This document shows positions 1-9,397 of a DNA stretch of 64,000 bases, piece by piece (position 1 is the stretch's first letter; each line of letters starts with the position of its first letter). The stretch is from a plasmid. Under the pieces are notes generated by a model. The model was not told the DNA's origin, searched no databases, and was given only the letters and a program-made list of their open reading frames with translations. The stretch lies in sequence record CP089609.1; one strand, written 5' to 3'. The position numbers were made by a program, and so were the translations under genes.

Positions 1-491
1 ACGGCGGCCTGGGCGCCACCCGATAGAAAGCGCTACCTGCGCGGTAGGTCTTTGTCGCATGGGCCAGTTCCGCGGCGGATCCGTCTCCGACAGGAAGCGC
101 ACTTCGGGGTTGGCGGCGCTCCTATTCGCCGGCCCAGGGCTCGTGCGGGGCGTCCCTACGCCTGCGCGCGCATTACTGACTTCACTTGCTGATACCTATT
201 TATCAATTCCGCGTAGGTCACCCTGGACTTTTCCGCGAGGAACTTCTTAGCTTAAACAGTAAGCATTCGGAATAAACTCTTTACTCTGAAACTGACAATT
301 GGGGAACGGATATTTCCTCGCGTGGACCCACACAATGAAGTAGCGGCGGTGACACAATTGTTGACATCGCTGGCAACTGCGCTCGTCGGCTGTCATGATG
401 GGTGACATGTTCGCTTCAACGGCACGTTGCGCAGCGATCGCCACGCGCATCCTTGGGCGGTGCCATTCCCTCCAGCCAGGACGGTGTGACG

Positions 492-860
492 ATGCCCGCC
501 GCTGACATCCCTTCGGCCGCCGACGGAAATGCTCTGCGCGCCGAAGTGGCACAGGCCCAGAAGCTCATCGCCGAGGGCGCTCAGATCGGCACGACGCCGG
601 CAGCAGAATCCGCCGCTTCAGCAGCTCCCCCATGCCGCCCGACTGCAGCGGAGTCTCCGTTTGACACCGCGTTCCAAGCGGTCGTGACTGCACTGCCCCT
701 GGGCGATTCGGGAGTGGCAACGACGTCCTCAGCTAGCTCCTCCGTACATGCCGGCGGATCGGAGGCTGCGGTGGCCACGGTCGTTACCGCCGACCTCGAC
801 TCGGCCAACGAGATGTCCCAGGCCGGATCTGCCACCGCCGGAGCGCAGTTCACCATCTGA
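492..860 (+). CDS. hypothetical Ala/Ser-rich protein
   Basis: ORF 402..860; internal ATG at 492 follows an AT-rich intergenic stretch; no recognisable motif. Confidence 0.3.
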   Translation: MPAADIPSAADGNALRAEVAQAQKLIAEGAQIGTTPAAESAASAAPPCRPTAAESPFDTAFQAVVTALPLGDSGVATTSSASSSVHAGGSEAAVATVVTADLDSANEMSQAGSATAGAQFTI

Positions 861-904
861 ACACTCCCCGGATCAGCCGGGCGCGGGTTACGGGTCTCGT
901 CGGC

Positions 905-1402
905 TCAGCACCCGAAGCCCGGCGCAGCCAGGGTCAACCAATCAAGAATTTCGCGTTGCGGCAACGTCCATCCGTCGAGCGGGAGTTGTGCCACCACAAC
1001 GTGTTTATATGCCTGATATACCTCAGGCAGGACCGCGCAGCCGTCGTCGCATGCCGTGCAACACACGCGATATGACGGTGCAGCGCCCTGGGCCTGCCTC
1101 GACGTTGCGGTCTCCGCCGCGGTGAGCGGTTGCAACGTATCTCCATCCCAGCGGGCCCATACTTTTCCACTGCCCGAGCACACCGCGCATCGTGCGCGTG
1201 GGCCGAGCGCATGGATCAGCAATGAGCGGGCCAGGTCGGCCGGGCTGGATCCTTCGTAGCCCCAGCTAAGTCCCCCTGGGGCATGTTTGACGATGTGCGG
1301 TAGTGGCCCGACAACATGGTCATCGATCTCGATGACGACCAGCCGGGGTCCGGCGGGGTTGTCTGGACGGTATCCGCGATAGGTGACCGTACATCCGCTC
1401 AT
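905..1402 (-). CDS. hypothetical protein with cysteine clusters (CAVCSGSGK, CCTACDDGC)
   Basis: 165-aa ORF; possible zinc-binding cysteines; contains a degenerate copy of the start-module motif at 1015-1034. Confidence 0.35.
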   Translation of the reverse strand: MSGCTVTYRGYRPDNPAGPRLVVIEIDDHVVGPLPHIVKHAPGGLSWGYEGSSPADLARSLLIHALGPRARCAVCSGSGKVWARWDGDTLQPLTAAETATSRQAQGAAPSYRVCCTACDDGCAVLPEVYQAYKHVVVAQLPLDGWTLPQREILDWLTLAAPGFGC

Positions 1403-1638
1403 CGGGGACTGTCCTTTCTCAACGGCCCCTATGCGAGACCAGGCCTTGCCTCCGACATTAATACACCCATATCGGTGTATTCAATGGATCTCAGCGCGCG
1501 ACGCCGGCTCGATGACCCACATTTCCCGTGCGGAACCCGTACAGAAACACAAATCCTCGTTCTGGACCGCCATGAGAACGTCTGATCTGCAAATACCACT
1601 GTTTACCATCCCTGTGTCGCATTGATGGTATCTCCCGT

Positions 1639-4053
1639 ATGTGCTATTCATGGCTCATGGTGTTCAACACTCCCGAGTTTGGCCGTATCGCTCGATCAGC
1701 TCGCGGTGAGCTCAGCCAGGACGACATCACCACCCGCGGCGGACCACCCCGACAACGACAGTCACCGATCGAGCGCGGCGATCGCGTCGAGCTGTCTGAC
1801 ACGGTTCTGGCCCAGCTGGACATGGGCTATGCGTGGGCGCCGGACACCGCCCGCGCACTGCTGGTCCGGCCCTCACGGCCGGAAGGATTCAGTGAGCAGT
1901 TCAGCGCACTGTCGGCAAACGCTTTGGGACTGGATGAGGACGGTGCCGACGTCCCACTGCCCGATCTCCTCGTGACCCGCTGTGCTCGCGACCTTCTTCC
2001 CGTCATCACGCGGTGGCCGGGACCTGTGCTGATCGGCGTTGCCAACGACGCCATGGCCCGCCGGGACCCCGATTCGCTCGCGGCGCTGATCGAGAACTGG
2101 GATGCGTGGACCGACGATGCCGATGATCCGTACCGCCGGCGCGAGTTCCATCTGCGCGCCGGATTACACAGTCCGGCCGCAGCTTCGGCGATCGCTCTGG
2201 ATCCCATCGTTGCCGTTCGCTCCTTCCGTCAAGTGGTTGACCTGTTTCTTTCGCTCGCCAAAGTGCAGACCTCTGTAGAACATGAGACTCGCGAAACGCT
2301 TGAGAAGCAGGCGTTTACGCTCCTGTTCGTTGCCAGTGAGGCTCGCCGCCGCGGTCTCGGCGCCGGGCTGAACGCCTTGGACGATCTGGCTGGCTTCATT
2401 CGTCAGGAACCTTCCCACGGTCTCGGCTGGCGGACCCCGCGCGACGGCGGCTGGGATGTCCAGAGCGATTGGGAGACGTTTCGCAACCACACCGGGCTCA
2501 GTTCTCGTTTCGAGAAGCCTCATGCCGGCCTCATCGCGGTGCTCGACGGTCTCAACGCCATCCGTGATTTCCACGTCGACGCCGAACTTGTCGATCCCTA
2601 CCCCGATGGTCTGGTCAATCCCGACGATCAGTACGACCCTGATCGGGCCGTTCAGCCGACGACGCAGCCTGCCATGCGCGCGATCACCGATCTCGACGAG
2701 ACCATCTTGTTCTACAACGCATCGTTGTGCCCAGAACTGCCGGTGATCGTCGACTGGGCCTATCGCGGACGTCCGCACCCACCACTGGTTATCAGTGACT
2801 TCCACGATACGACAAGGGGTTTGAGTAGCTCCAAGTTCATCATGGTCGACAACAACGCCGAGCTCGACACCGAGATCGCGAAGGCGCCGTTGTGCTCGCG
2901 CCTGGTGCAAACCGACAGCTTCGGGCGGGCAATCTTCGTCCCGGCCCGTTCGGCTTCAGGGCCGTCGCAGCCGGCCAGACACGTCTGGTTGGCTCGAAAT
3001 GGACGCATCACCTCCAACCGGTATGACGGTGCATCCCGTCTCACCTCGGCAGCCGCAGCCACCGAGGTTCGCGATTTCTACGACGCCCACAAGGACTCGC
3101 TGGGCCCTGTCCTCTACGCCCATCACAACCGCTTCGCCAGCCGCAGTCCCCTGCTCACCCTGGTCGACAACACTGGGCATCAAATGCTGCTCTGGGGACC
3201 ACCGGACCTCAAAGAGCGTGAGCACGGTCCGGGGATCGCTCCGGTAATCACCCCGACGCGCATGGCAATCGCATCCATCCTCGAGGAGGCGGGGTTCGGC
3301 TCGGTCCAGGCGATGATCGACGAAACCCACACCGCCGACAGAAGGCTGTTTCGCTCGAACCCTGATCTCGTGCTGACGTTCGACGTAGACCACGGTGAGG
3401 CCCAGCGCCAACTCGTCACCGTCAACGCCACTGAATTCACCATTGGGCTCTGCCTTTCCGACGACGAAGGCGCCCGCGAGCTGATGATCGACGCGATCTG
3501 GCGGCTCTGCAACGAGCGACCCACCCATGAGATCCGGGTGCTCACACTCATCGGGGAAAACCTATCGACGGACAGCCCGTGGACCGACATCACCAGGCAG
3601 CCTCACCTGTTGGCACACTTCTCACCAGCCAAACCGGCCGACCTCGATACCGTCCTGGAGAAGTTCAACGCGACGCTGCAACACGAAATCGACGCTCGCG
3701 AGGCGGTCCCCCGCCAACCCGGGATCTCCGGAATGCCCGCCCGCCGACAGCCTTTGCCGCACCTTCTGGTCGCCATCGACGGCTTCGCCGACGCCGAACG
3801 ACTGCTGCGTTCACCGGCGTTCTGCTACGCAGTGCAACACGGTAAAACCCTCGGTATCCACGTGGTGCTCTGCGGTCCCGGCCAGGCACTGGATTCCTAC
3901 AACCACCTCGACTGCTACCACGTCCCCAGCGCCGGACCGATCGTCATCGACTCAGAGGGGAAGTACCGCCCAGGGATCCCGAAGGTGGAAGGCGTCAACA
4001 CGCTCCCGGGGTCAGGGTCACAAAACCTAGCCGCCAACCCTTTCCAGCGGTAG
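1639..4053 (+). CDS. large hypothetical protein (804 aa) with C-terminal degenerate FtsK/SpoIIIE-like segment (LLVAIDGFADAE...GIHVVLCGPGQ)
   Basis: longest ORF in window; C-terminal motifs parallel Walker-B/sensor region of FtsK-like ATPases but with no P-loop lysine; exact start uncertain. Confidence 0.5.
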   Translation: MCYSWLMVFNTPEFGRIARSARGELSQDDITTRGGPPRQRQSPIERGDRVELSDTVLAQLDMGYAWAPDTARALLVRPSRPEGFSEQFSALSANALGLDEDGADVPLPDLLVTRCARDLLPVITRWPGPVLIGVANDAMARRDPDSLAALIENWDAWTDDADDPYRRREFHLRAGLHSPAAASAIALDPIVAVRSFRQVVDLFLSLAKVQTSVEHETRETLEKQAFTLLFVASEARRRGLGAGLNALDDLAGFIRQEPSHGLGWRTPRDGGWDVQSDWETFRNHTGLSSRFEKPHAGLIAVLDGLNAIRDFHVDAELVDPYPDGLVNPDDQYDPDRAVQPTTQPAMRAITDLDETILFYNASLCPELPVIVDWAYRGRPHPPLVISDFHDTTRGLSSSKFIMVDNNAELDTEIAKAPLCSRLVQTDSFGRAIFVPARSASGPSQPARHVWLARNGRITSNRYDGASRLTSAAAATEVRDFYDAHKDSLGPVLYAHHNRFASRSPLLTLVDNTGHQMLLWGPPDLKEREHGPGIAPVITPTRMAIASILEEAGFGSVQAMIDETHTADRRLFRSNPDLVLTFDVDHGEAQRQLVTVNATEFTIGLCLSDDEGARELMIDAIWRLCNERPTHEIRVLTLIGENLSTDSPWTDITRQPHLLAHFSPAKPADLDTVLEKFNATLQHEIDAREAVPRQPGISGMPARRQPLPHLLVAIDGFADAERLLRSPAFCYAVQHGKTLGIHVVLCGPGQALDSYNHLDCYHVPSAGPIVIDSEGKYRPGIPKVEGVNTLPGSGSQNLAANPFQR

Positions 4054-4102
4054 CCCTGTTCCCGAATCGCACCGCACTAACAACGAACTCACCCGTGCGT
4101 GG

Positions 4103-4714
4103 CTATCCGCAGATGCTCGACTCGTGTTGGCGGTAGAAGGTCCGCGCGGCCGGCACCTCATCGGCGTAGGGCCCCAAGAACGCCGCTCTTTGCACTGCTT
4201 GCGCGGCAACGGCTTCCGGCATGTGTTGCCAGCCCGCGATCTTCTGCAGCGCGTCGAAGAACCGATGGGCGGCCATGCTCGGCGTCATCCGCTCGACAAC
4301 CGAACCCCAGTCTGGGCCTTGCAGAAACAGTCCCACGGCCTGGCCGTTGTCGAGGGCCAGACCGTCATGGCGCATCGCGAGGGATTCCGGCACGCGTGGG
4401 TTCGCCACATTCCGCATTCCGGTTTCACGCTGTGCGGCGATCAGTCCGGCGACGATGCCTCGCTGGGGGATCCCCATGTGTCGTCCGGTCGAGATGATCG
4501 ACACACCGTAGTCGGCCGGGCCGCTCACCTCGTGAGAGCATGGCGCCGCCGCTGTCGTCTCGGGCGCGGCGATAATGTCCGGGCTGACTATTCGAAGGCC
4601 CGCCAGCACCGGCGCGGCCAGCGCAATAACCAGGGAGGCCGCGGCGCCCAGGACCAGCCGCCGGCCGCGGCGATCGCCGCCCGCGCCCAGCACGCGCTCT
4701 TCAGGTGTGCTCAT
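4103..4714 (-). CDS. membrane-anchored/secreted hypothetical protein
   Basis: 203-aa ORF with N-terminal hydrophobic segment; ATG fused directly to a conserved promoter module (leaderless). Confidence 0.6.
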   Translation of the reverse strand: MSTPEERVLGAGGDRRGRRLVLGAAASLVIALAAPVLAGLRIVSPDIIAAPETTAAAPCSHEVSGPADYGVSIISTGRHMGIPQRGIVAGLIAAQRETGMRNVANPRVPESLAMRHDGLALDNGQAVGLFLQGPDWGSVVERMTPSMAAHRFFDALQKIAGWQHMPEAVAAQAVQRAAFLGPYADEVPAARTFYRQHESSICG

Positions 4715-4753
4715 GTCCTGAGGTATATGCCGGCACGCTCGCTGATCCGGTCA
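4712..4753 (-). promoter_or_regulatory. conserved leaderless promoter/start module copy 1 (GACCGGATC-N12-GGCATATACCTCAGGACATG)
   Basis: TGACCG -35-like and CATATA -10-like elements at 18-bp spacing; start codon 7-9 nt after -10; divergent from copy 2. Confidence 0.6.
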
Positions 4754-4800
4754 ACTGGCTGCGCCTCCGATCGAGCCGCCCGTCTCTGACGCCGGATGTG

Positions 4801-4839
4801 TGACCGGAATAATCGATGGACGGGCATATACCTCAGGGC
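4801..4839 (+). promoter_or_regulatory. conserved leaderless promoter/start module copy 2
   Basis: TGACCGGAATAATCGATGGACGGGCATATACCTCAGGGC followed by ATG at 4840. Confidence 0.6.
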
Positions 4840-5610
4840 ATGACCGTCCATACGCAGTTCGTAGCGCATACGAAGTCACTCGCGCAGCCGCCGCTGCATC
4901 CCGAGGCGGTCGACGCTCACGCGGCGATCACGGACTATTCGCGGTTCACCGTCGCCCTGGCCGAAGACAATGCCGGCCGCATGCTCTGCTGGCGACCGGT
5001 GGACTGCCCGCACCTTGCTGTCGTCGGCGACTCTGGGTGCGGCCAGACCGTCACCGTCCAAAACGCTGTGGTCCAGTTCGCGCGTGCGCATTGGGCCGTG
5101 CACGTCGCGGCGCGGTTCGACTTCGAGTACGAACAGTTCCGCGCGTGGCCGAATGTGCGGTGCATCGCCACCGATCCGGATACGCAGATCGCGTTGATCG
5201 GCCATCTGAAGCAGATTCTCCGGCAGCGGCTCCTCGCGGGTCGCACCCGTGTCCCTGCGCCGATAGTCCTGCTGGTCGACAACCTCTACGAGCTCACCGG
5301 AAATTTCTCGTTCGCCCACGCCTATTCCGGGACGCCAACCTCGGATCCAGCCACCACTGATCTCCGCCTTCTGCTGCGGTACGGCCGCCGGGCGCGCATC
5401 CATGTGCTGACAGCGACAATGCCCCGGAGCCACGCCGCCCAGCTCGACGGCGAAACCCGTGAGCATTTTGTGGAACTGCCCCTCAGCCGCCGCCATCACG
5501 GGCCCGACTTATCGGCATATCTCGACGAGGACCGCGGATTCATCGCCCACCGCAATCTCGCCGTTCTTCGACCCACGCGCACCAGCTACGAGCCGCTGGA
5601 CCTGAACTGA
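4840..5610 (+). CDS. FtsK/SpoIIIE-like degenerate NTPase-domain protein (Walker A GDSGCGQT with K->Q; Walker-B-like LLVDNLYEL; sensor IHVLTATMPRS)
   Basis: motif-by-motif resemblance to FtsK ATPase core (PHLxVxGxxGxGKS / hhhhDE / GIHLxLATQRP) but with catalytic residues substituted; leaderless start. Confidence 0.6.
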   Translation: MTVHTQFVAHTKSLAQPPLHPEAVDAHAAITDYSRFTVALAEDNAGRMLCWRPVDCPHLAVVGDSGCGQTVTVQNAVVQFARAHWAVHVAARFDFEYEQFRAWPNVRCIATDPDTQIALIGHLKQILRQRLLAGRTRVPAPIVLLVDNLYELTGNFSFAHAYSGTPTSDPATTDLRLLLRYGRRARIHVLTATMPRSHAAQLDGETREHFVELPLSRRHHGPDLSAYLDEDRGFIAHRNLAVLRPTRTSYEPLDLN

Positions 5611-5662
5611 CCGGTGCTGACCTGTTGCAACCCTTTCAGCACCAACGAAACGGAGACCCACC

Positions 5663-6229
5663 GTGACCAATCATGCTGACTTCCCCACGCGTCCAACATG
5701 GTTGACCCGCACCGTGCGTGCGGGTACAGCCCTGGTCCTGAGTGTGGGGTGCTTCGGCGCGGGATGGTGGACCGGCGCGAGGACCACCAGCGACCCGGTA
5801 GCGCACCAGGTGGCCGCCGATATGCAAACGTGCGGCGCATTCCAGGCGATTGACCACCTGGCCGATGAATCGAAGGATCCACTGTCTGGCCCCCACGGGT
5901 CGACGCAGACACACGATTTCATCGCCCTGTCCTCGGCAATGAACAACGCCCGGGCAGCAGAGCTTTCCGACTCGCTCGATGCTGCGGTCACGACCTACGT
6001 GTACGCCCTGGCGAATCTGGGTGCGGTCGTCAACGCCCGGGAGCCGATCGACGACATCGAGTCGATGCGCCTGATCGTGAATCTGAGCGCGCACACCGTG
6101 GCCACGGTATGCCAACGACCAGCCACCGATCGAACCTCGGGGACCGCCGATCACGGTGCCGATGAGGCCGCCACCCAGACGCATCGTGACGTCCACGGCT
6201 CGCAGTCCACAGCCACCGACCACCCGTGA
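5663..6229 (+). CDS. secreted hypothetical protein (signal peptide/TM)
   Basis: GTG start preceded by GGAGA RBS; N-terminal hydrophobic stretch. Confidence 0.45.
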   Translation: MTNHADFPTRPTWLTRTVRAGTALVLSVGCFGAGWWTGARTTSDPVAHQVAADMQTCGAFQAIDHLADESKDPLSGPHGSTQTHDFIALSSAMNNARAAELSDSLDAAVTTYVYALANLGAVVNAREPIDDIESMRLIVNLSAHTVATVCQRPATDRTSGTADHGADEAATQTHRDVHGSQSTATDHP

Positions 6230-6261
6230 CCCTGCCCAACACCCAACCATCGCCGCCGCGG

Positions 6262-6300
6262 TGACAGGATTGGCATGCGCGCCGGCATATACCTGTGGTC
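6262..6300 (+). promoter_or_regulatory. conserved leaderless promoter/start module copy 3 (-35 variant TGACAGG)
   Basis: GACAGGATTGGCATGCGCGCCGGCATATACCTGTGGTC then ATG 6301. Confidence 0.55.
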
Positions 6301-6807
6301 ATGACCAACGAATTCGCTGACCGCACTAAGCCGACCGAGGTCGCCAACCTGGCGGCCTATGCCACCAAAACCGGATGGGCGGTGAGTGTTCTCACGCTCA
6401 AGGACTCCACACACCACGGTATCGACGACCCCCGTATCGACATTGCCTCCACCCCCGACGACCATGTGAAGCTCATCGCCCGCCTCTATGCGCAGATGCA
6501 GCAGCGGGCCGCGGCCGAGCCCTGCCAGGATCCACCGGTTCTCCTGGTCATCGACGAGTACGCCGATGTTTCTTCCGCCTTGGAGAGCTGGAGGCAAGAC
6601 CACCCCGACGCCCAGGCCGGTCGGCAGCTGCGGGAGCTTTTCCGGCTCGGCCGCCGACAGAAGATCACCGTCATCGCCCAGAGCCGGCGGCCCGCACCGG
6701 ACTTCTTCCCCGCTGAGCAGACAGCAGACCTCACCAACCGTCGGGTAGGGCCCGGCGCGCTCCCCTACGCCGTCATCCAGCAGTACTTCGGATCATCGCC
6801 GCAGTAA
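6301..6807 (+). CDS. FtsK/SpoIIIE-like C-terminal half-domain protein (Walker B LLVIDEYADV, sensor ITVIAQSRRPAPD; no P-loop)
   Basis: paralogous to 4840, 9398 and 15556 genes; leaderless start. Confidence 0.55.
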   Translation: MTNEFADRTKPTEVANLAAYATKTGWAVSVLTLKDSTHHGIDDPRIDIASTPDDHVKLIARLYAQMQQRAAAEPCQDPPVLLVIDEYADVSSALESWRQDHPDAQAGRQLRELFRLGRRQKITVIAQSRRPAPDFFPAEQTADLTNRRVGPGALPYAVIQQYFGSSPQ

Positions 6808-6837
6808 TCGGCGCTGCCGATCACACCTGAGCGCGAT

Positions 6838-8835
6838 TCACGAGAGGCCAGGAGCCTCCGCGCCGGCCAGGACGGATCTCAGCAGCGCAGTGGCGGCGGC
6901 CACCTTGGCTGCGGTCTTGGCTGGCGCTGCCGCGGTGTACGTGACACCGGCCAACGTCGCCCTACAGGTGAACCCGTCTTCCTGAGTAGGCCCGGCCGGC
7001 GCGACATTGAACTCCACAGGGCCCAGCGACTGGCTGGCGGCAAAACCCGTCAGCCAGCCGACCGGATTGGCGAAAGCGTTCGTCCGCTTGACGTCGCTCA
7101 TGCTGGCGACTTTTCTGCGAGCCGTTTCCGGCAGGAGCATCTCCCCGACGTGCTCCGGTACAGTCGGCGCCGCCGGCGCCCCGGTCTGAGTCGTTGGCTG
7201 CAGGTTCGCTGGCACCGGGGCCGGCGGATCCGCCGGCCAGGAGACCGCCTCATCGACTGAGTCTGTGTGTCCGCACACCACGTCGAGCAGTTCCCACATC
7301 GCTTGTGTGGAGGCGGTTTTCTTCGATTCCCCGATCTGCCACCGGCCCACACCGTCCCCGAGCCGTGCGCGGGCGGCGAACAGCGGTTGATGGATTGGTC
7401 GGCTCGGATGGTTCTGTATGTCGATCTCGGCGCCCTGATCGGTGCCGAGGATCTGGGATCGACCGCTCAGTGCGCTGGGACCGAATTCGGGGTGCACCTC
7501 ACGAACTTTGGCGAAGAATCGTTTCCGGATGCCATCCCAGGCCGAGCTGGTGGTGGCCAAGCGGGCAATGTCGTTGGCTACCAGTAGATTTTCATCGAGC
7601 CGGCGGCACAGTTCGGCCTCGATTCCCGGCGCGGGTCCGGTGGCGGTCATCAGGTCGAACATCTTGCGCCACTGCTTTTGATCGAGCGCATCGTAGTTTC
7701 GGTCCAGGATGTGTCGCGCGCTGACTTTGCGGCTCATCTGCTTGAAATGGTCGGCGGTCTCGTTTCGTTTGGCGTCGTTGGATGCGTTGATTTCCGTGGC
7801 GATCGCCGCCAGTTCGTCGGAGCTGTAGACGGCCGGTCCTCCGGCAAGGTGATTCCACACAATCCGTTGAGTGATCAGGTCGGCATAGCGGCGCAGTGGG
7901 GAGGTCACATGGGCGTAGGCGGGCAACCGCAGACCGTGGTGCCCTCGCGGCCGCGGTTCATAACGGGCGCGTCCGAAGGTGCGGGTGACCCGCTGCGCGA
8001 GCTGCTCGAACAACCCTGGATCGTGCAGCGCCGCAGCGAGGTCGGCGGCGATTTCGCGGCCATCGCTGAGCAGGTTGGATTGGTGATTGCGGTAGAGGAC
8101 TTCCAGTCCCTCGTCGATGCACCAATCGGCCAGGGCGCTACTGGCTGCGACCATCAGTTCGGTGTTGATGAGATATCCCACGGTGCGTTGAGCCGGGGGA
8201 ATTTCGGTGAGTTGGCCGTCCTCGGTCACGGTGATTCCGTGGACGAGGTCGTACACGGTGGCCGCACCGGCGGCTGAGCGTCTGGCGAACAGCTGCTGGG
8301 CCAGCCGGTGCGCGGCGTCGAGCATCGGGTTCAGCTGATGCCCTTGCTCATGCAGCACCTTGGGGACGTCCTTGTAGGACAACCGTATGCACGTCCCGGC
8401 GGGCAGAAAGCTCTGGCGCACCGACACCTCGGTGCGTTGCCCGGTGGCATCGAACACCGCTGCGATGGTCAGTGCCGAGCGATCCAGACGGTCGGACAAT
8501 GTGACCTCACGCTCGACTTCGCCGAGCATCGGAATGGTTCTACGTGGCAGATATCGTGAGGCCACCCGGGCCCGGGCCAGCCGATCGTGCTCGCTGTCGC
8601 GCGCGATAACAGCCGCTGTGGCGGCGACGTGAACGGTCAGATTCCATCCTCCGTCAGCGATGGGCTCGACGGTCAGGGCATCGTCAAGGTCGATACTGCC
8701 CGCAGGATCGATCATCACTGCTGACCCGCGCCATTGTCGGCCGGACGCGTTGGGGCAGCTCGCGGTCGCAGTTGGACCGGGTGCTGGTGTCGAGTGGATT
8801 TCGGTCACGGTTTCGGCAGGTCGTTCGCAGCGCAC
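6838..8835 (-). CDS. RNB-family 3'-5' exoribonuclease (RNase II/R-like) with C-terminal dsRBD-like domain
   Basis: RNB hallmark HVTSPLRRYADLITQR and DLDDAL motif; C-terminal GPVEF...GFTC...G...A.AKTAAKVAAATALL resembles a double-stranded RNA-binding motif; no N-terminal CSD/S1. Confidence 0.7.
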   Translation of the reverse strand: MRCERPAETVTEIHSTPAPGPTATASCPNASGRQWRGSAVMIDPAGSIDLDDALTVEPIADGGWNLTVHVAATAAVIARDSEHDRLARARVASRYLPRRTIPMLGEVEREVTLSDRLDRSALTIAAVFDATGQRTEVSVRQSFLPAGTCIRLSYKDVPKVLHEQGHQLNPMLDAAHRLAQQLFARRSAAGAATVYDLVHGITVTEDGQLTEIPPAQRTVGYLINTELMVAASSALADWCIDEGLEVLYRNHQSNLLSDGREIAADLAAALHDPGLFEQLAQRVTRTFGRARYEPRPRGHHGLRLPAYAHVTSPLRRYADLITQRIVWNHLAGGPAVYSSDELAAIATEINASNDAKRNETADHFKQMSRKVSARHILDRNYDALDQKQWRKMFDLMTATGPAPGIEAELCRRLDENLLVANDIARLATTSSAWDGIRKRFFAKVREVHPEFGPSALSGRSQILGTDQGAEIDIQNHPSRPIHQPLFAARARLGDGVGRWQIGESKKTASTQAMWELLDVVCGHTDSVDEAVSWPADPPAPVPANLQPTTQTGAPAAPTVPEHVGEMLLPETARRKVASMSDVKRTNAFANPVGWLTGFAASQSLGPVEFNVAPAGPTQEDGFTCRATLAGVTYTAAAPAKTAAKVAAATALLRSVLAGAEAPGLS

Positions 8836-9054
8836 GCATTGGTGACGGGAAGCGTCGCGATCATCGTGTCGAATCGCCTTCTTTGATCTCGACGTGACGC
8901 GTCATAGCTGGTGACTCTCCTTCACATCCCCTGTGGTTGTACCGGCCAGGGTGACCCAATTCTGGTCATCGTCTCATTGGCGATTGTTTCCGCGACAGCC
9001 GATTCGTCGGCTGGACAGCAACACCCGCCACTACCAGCGGATTCACCCACGGCG

Positions 9055-9077
9055 GATACACCGCATTCGGTCTATAT
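9055..9077. promoter_or_regulatory. palindromic operator copy 1 (GATACACCgcattcGGTCTATAT, one mismatch)
   Basis: inverted repeat of TATACACC/GGTGTATA family in RNB-gene upstream region. Confidence 0.4.
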
Positions 9078-9194
9078 TTGCCACCACCCCTGTCCGCCCT
9101 CCTCGATGGCGGCGCGAGAGGGGCGATCGCACAGACCCCGTCCGCCCGTGCTCTTGAAAGACCCCATGCCACCCGAAAACCGGCAGCCCTGGAC

Positions 9195-9233
9195 TGACCG
9201 GATCAGCCAACCCTGTGGCATATACCTCAGGTC
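9195..9233 (+). promoter_or_regulatory. conserved leaderless promoter/start module copy 4
   Basis: TGACCGGATCAGCCAACCCTGTGGCATATACCTCAGGTC then GTG 9234. Confidence 0.55.
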
Positions 9234-9368
9234 GTGACCACCACTCCCACGCTCCCTGCCGACTGGGCCATCCGGATCCGTCCCATGCCGCGGCGTGAAT
9301 CGCTCGCACGCACCGCGCACGCACTGCGCCGCCTCAACAAGGCACCCGCACGCGGCCAAGACAACTGA
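9234..9368 (+). CDS. small leaderless ORF (44 aa, Arg-rich)
   Basis: GTG at the conserved module position; ends TGA 9366-9368. Confidence 0.3.
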   Translation: MTTTPTLPADWAIRIRPMPRRESLARTAHALRRLNKAPARGQDN

Positions 9369-9397
9369 CCCCGACACCCTTCAGGAGAAACCACCGC

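Noticed and set aside
1015-1034. Degenerate copy of the leaderless promoter module (GATATACCTCAGGCAGGACC)
   Set aside because: It lacks the upstream TGACCGG box and has AGG in place of ATG. It lies inside the 905..1402 minus-strand ORF, so it is probably a decayed remnant rather than a functional promoter.
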